Below are positions 63,524-64,000 of a DNA stretch of 64,000 bases, piece after piece; position 1 is the stretch's first letter, and the number at the start of each line of letters is the position of its first letter. The DNA is from Macrostomum lignano (Eukaryota), in NCBI GenBank assembly GCA_002269645.1, contig NIVC01002893.1:34011-98010 (forward strand), given 5' to 3'. Below the pieces are notes generated by a model, which saw only the letters and a list, made by a program, of their open reading frames with translations, was not told where the DNA came from and ran no database searches. Made by a program: the position numbers and the translations under genes.

Positions 63524-63689
63524 CTGACGGTGAGACAACGAGAAATAGCTCAGGCTCAGTTTTTGTTGCCAGCTTTGAAATAAAAACTGTGACACGATGT
63601 TCCAATTGTTCTACTCCTAAGTGGGAATTTCTGATACAGTCTAGTATGATAAGCCGCAGGTCCTAGCTGACTGCTAAAACATTTTAAAG

Positions 63690-64000
63690 GATGATCCGAA
63701 GGATAGATCCGAAGGATAGATCCGAAGGATTAGATCCGAAGGATAGATCCGAAGGAAGATCAAGGATAGATCCGAAGGATAGATCCGAAGGATAGATCCG
63801 AAGGATAGATCCGAAGGATAGATTCGAAGGATAGATCCGCAAGGATAGATCCGAAGGATAGATCGATAGATCATCCGAAGGATAGATCCGAAGGATAGAT
63901 CCGAAGGATAGATCCGAAGGATAGATCCGAAGGATAGATCGAAGATAGATCCGAAGGATAGATCCGAAGGATAGATCCGCAAGGATAGATCGAAGGATAG
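63690..64000. repeat. 13-bp minisatellite (GAAGGATAGATCC)n
   Basis: Directly visible; runs off the window end. Confidence 0.96.

Overview
Eukaryotic genomic DNA from an invertebrate. GC-rich, CpG-rich coding exons and introns packed with unrelated 13-37-bp minisatellites suggest a Macrostomum-like flatworm; this is inference only. Reconstructed host genes: a UPF0489/C5orf22-like arginase-fold protein (+, 5' end outside the window), an otopetrin proton channel (-), an intronless RPL32 (-), a six-finger C2H2 protein (+), acylglycerol kinase AGK (+), an ankyrin+SOCS-box protein (+), and an unassigned exon near 63.1-63.5 kb. The best candidate for an undescribed system is a 2,138-bp element in AGK intron 3 (54679-56816). 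It has Polinton/Maverick hallmarks: AGTAGT termini, ~290-bp TIRs and a 6-bp TSD. It lacks the polymerase, integrase and capsid genes, and carries only an adenain-type protease with all catalytic residues plus a divergently oriented three-exon, 61-aa microgene that the ORF track misses. Other notable signals: (1) a ~19-kb AT-rich, CpG-depleted, TpA-rich block (about 23-41.7 kb) full of decayed DNA transposons, whose copies differ largely at CpG sites; (2) three hAT MITE copies with 8-bp TSDs; (3) intronic tandem arrays apparently seeded from splice donors; (4) minisatellites built on palindromic, TF-site-like cores. Everything was read by eye, so coordinates of repeats and degenerate elements are approximate. 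No database search was run.
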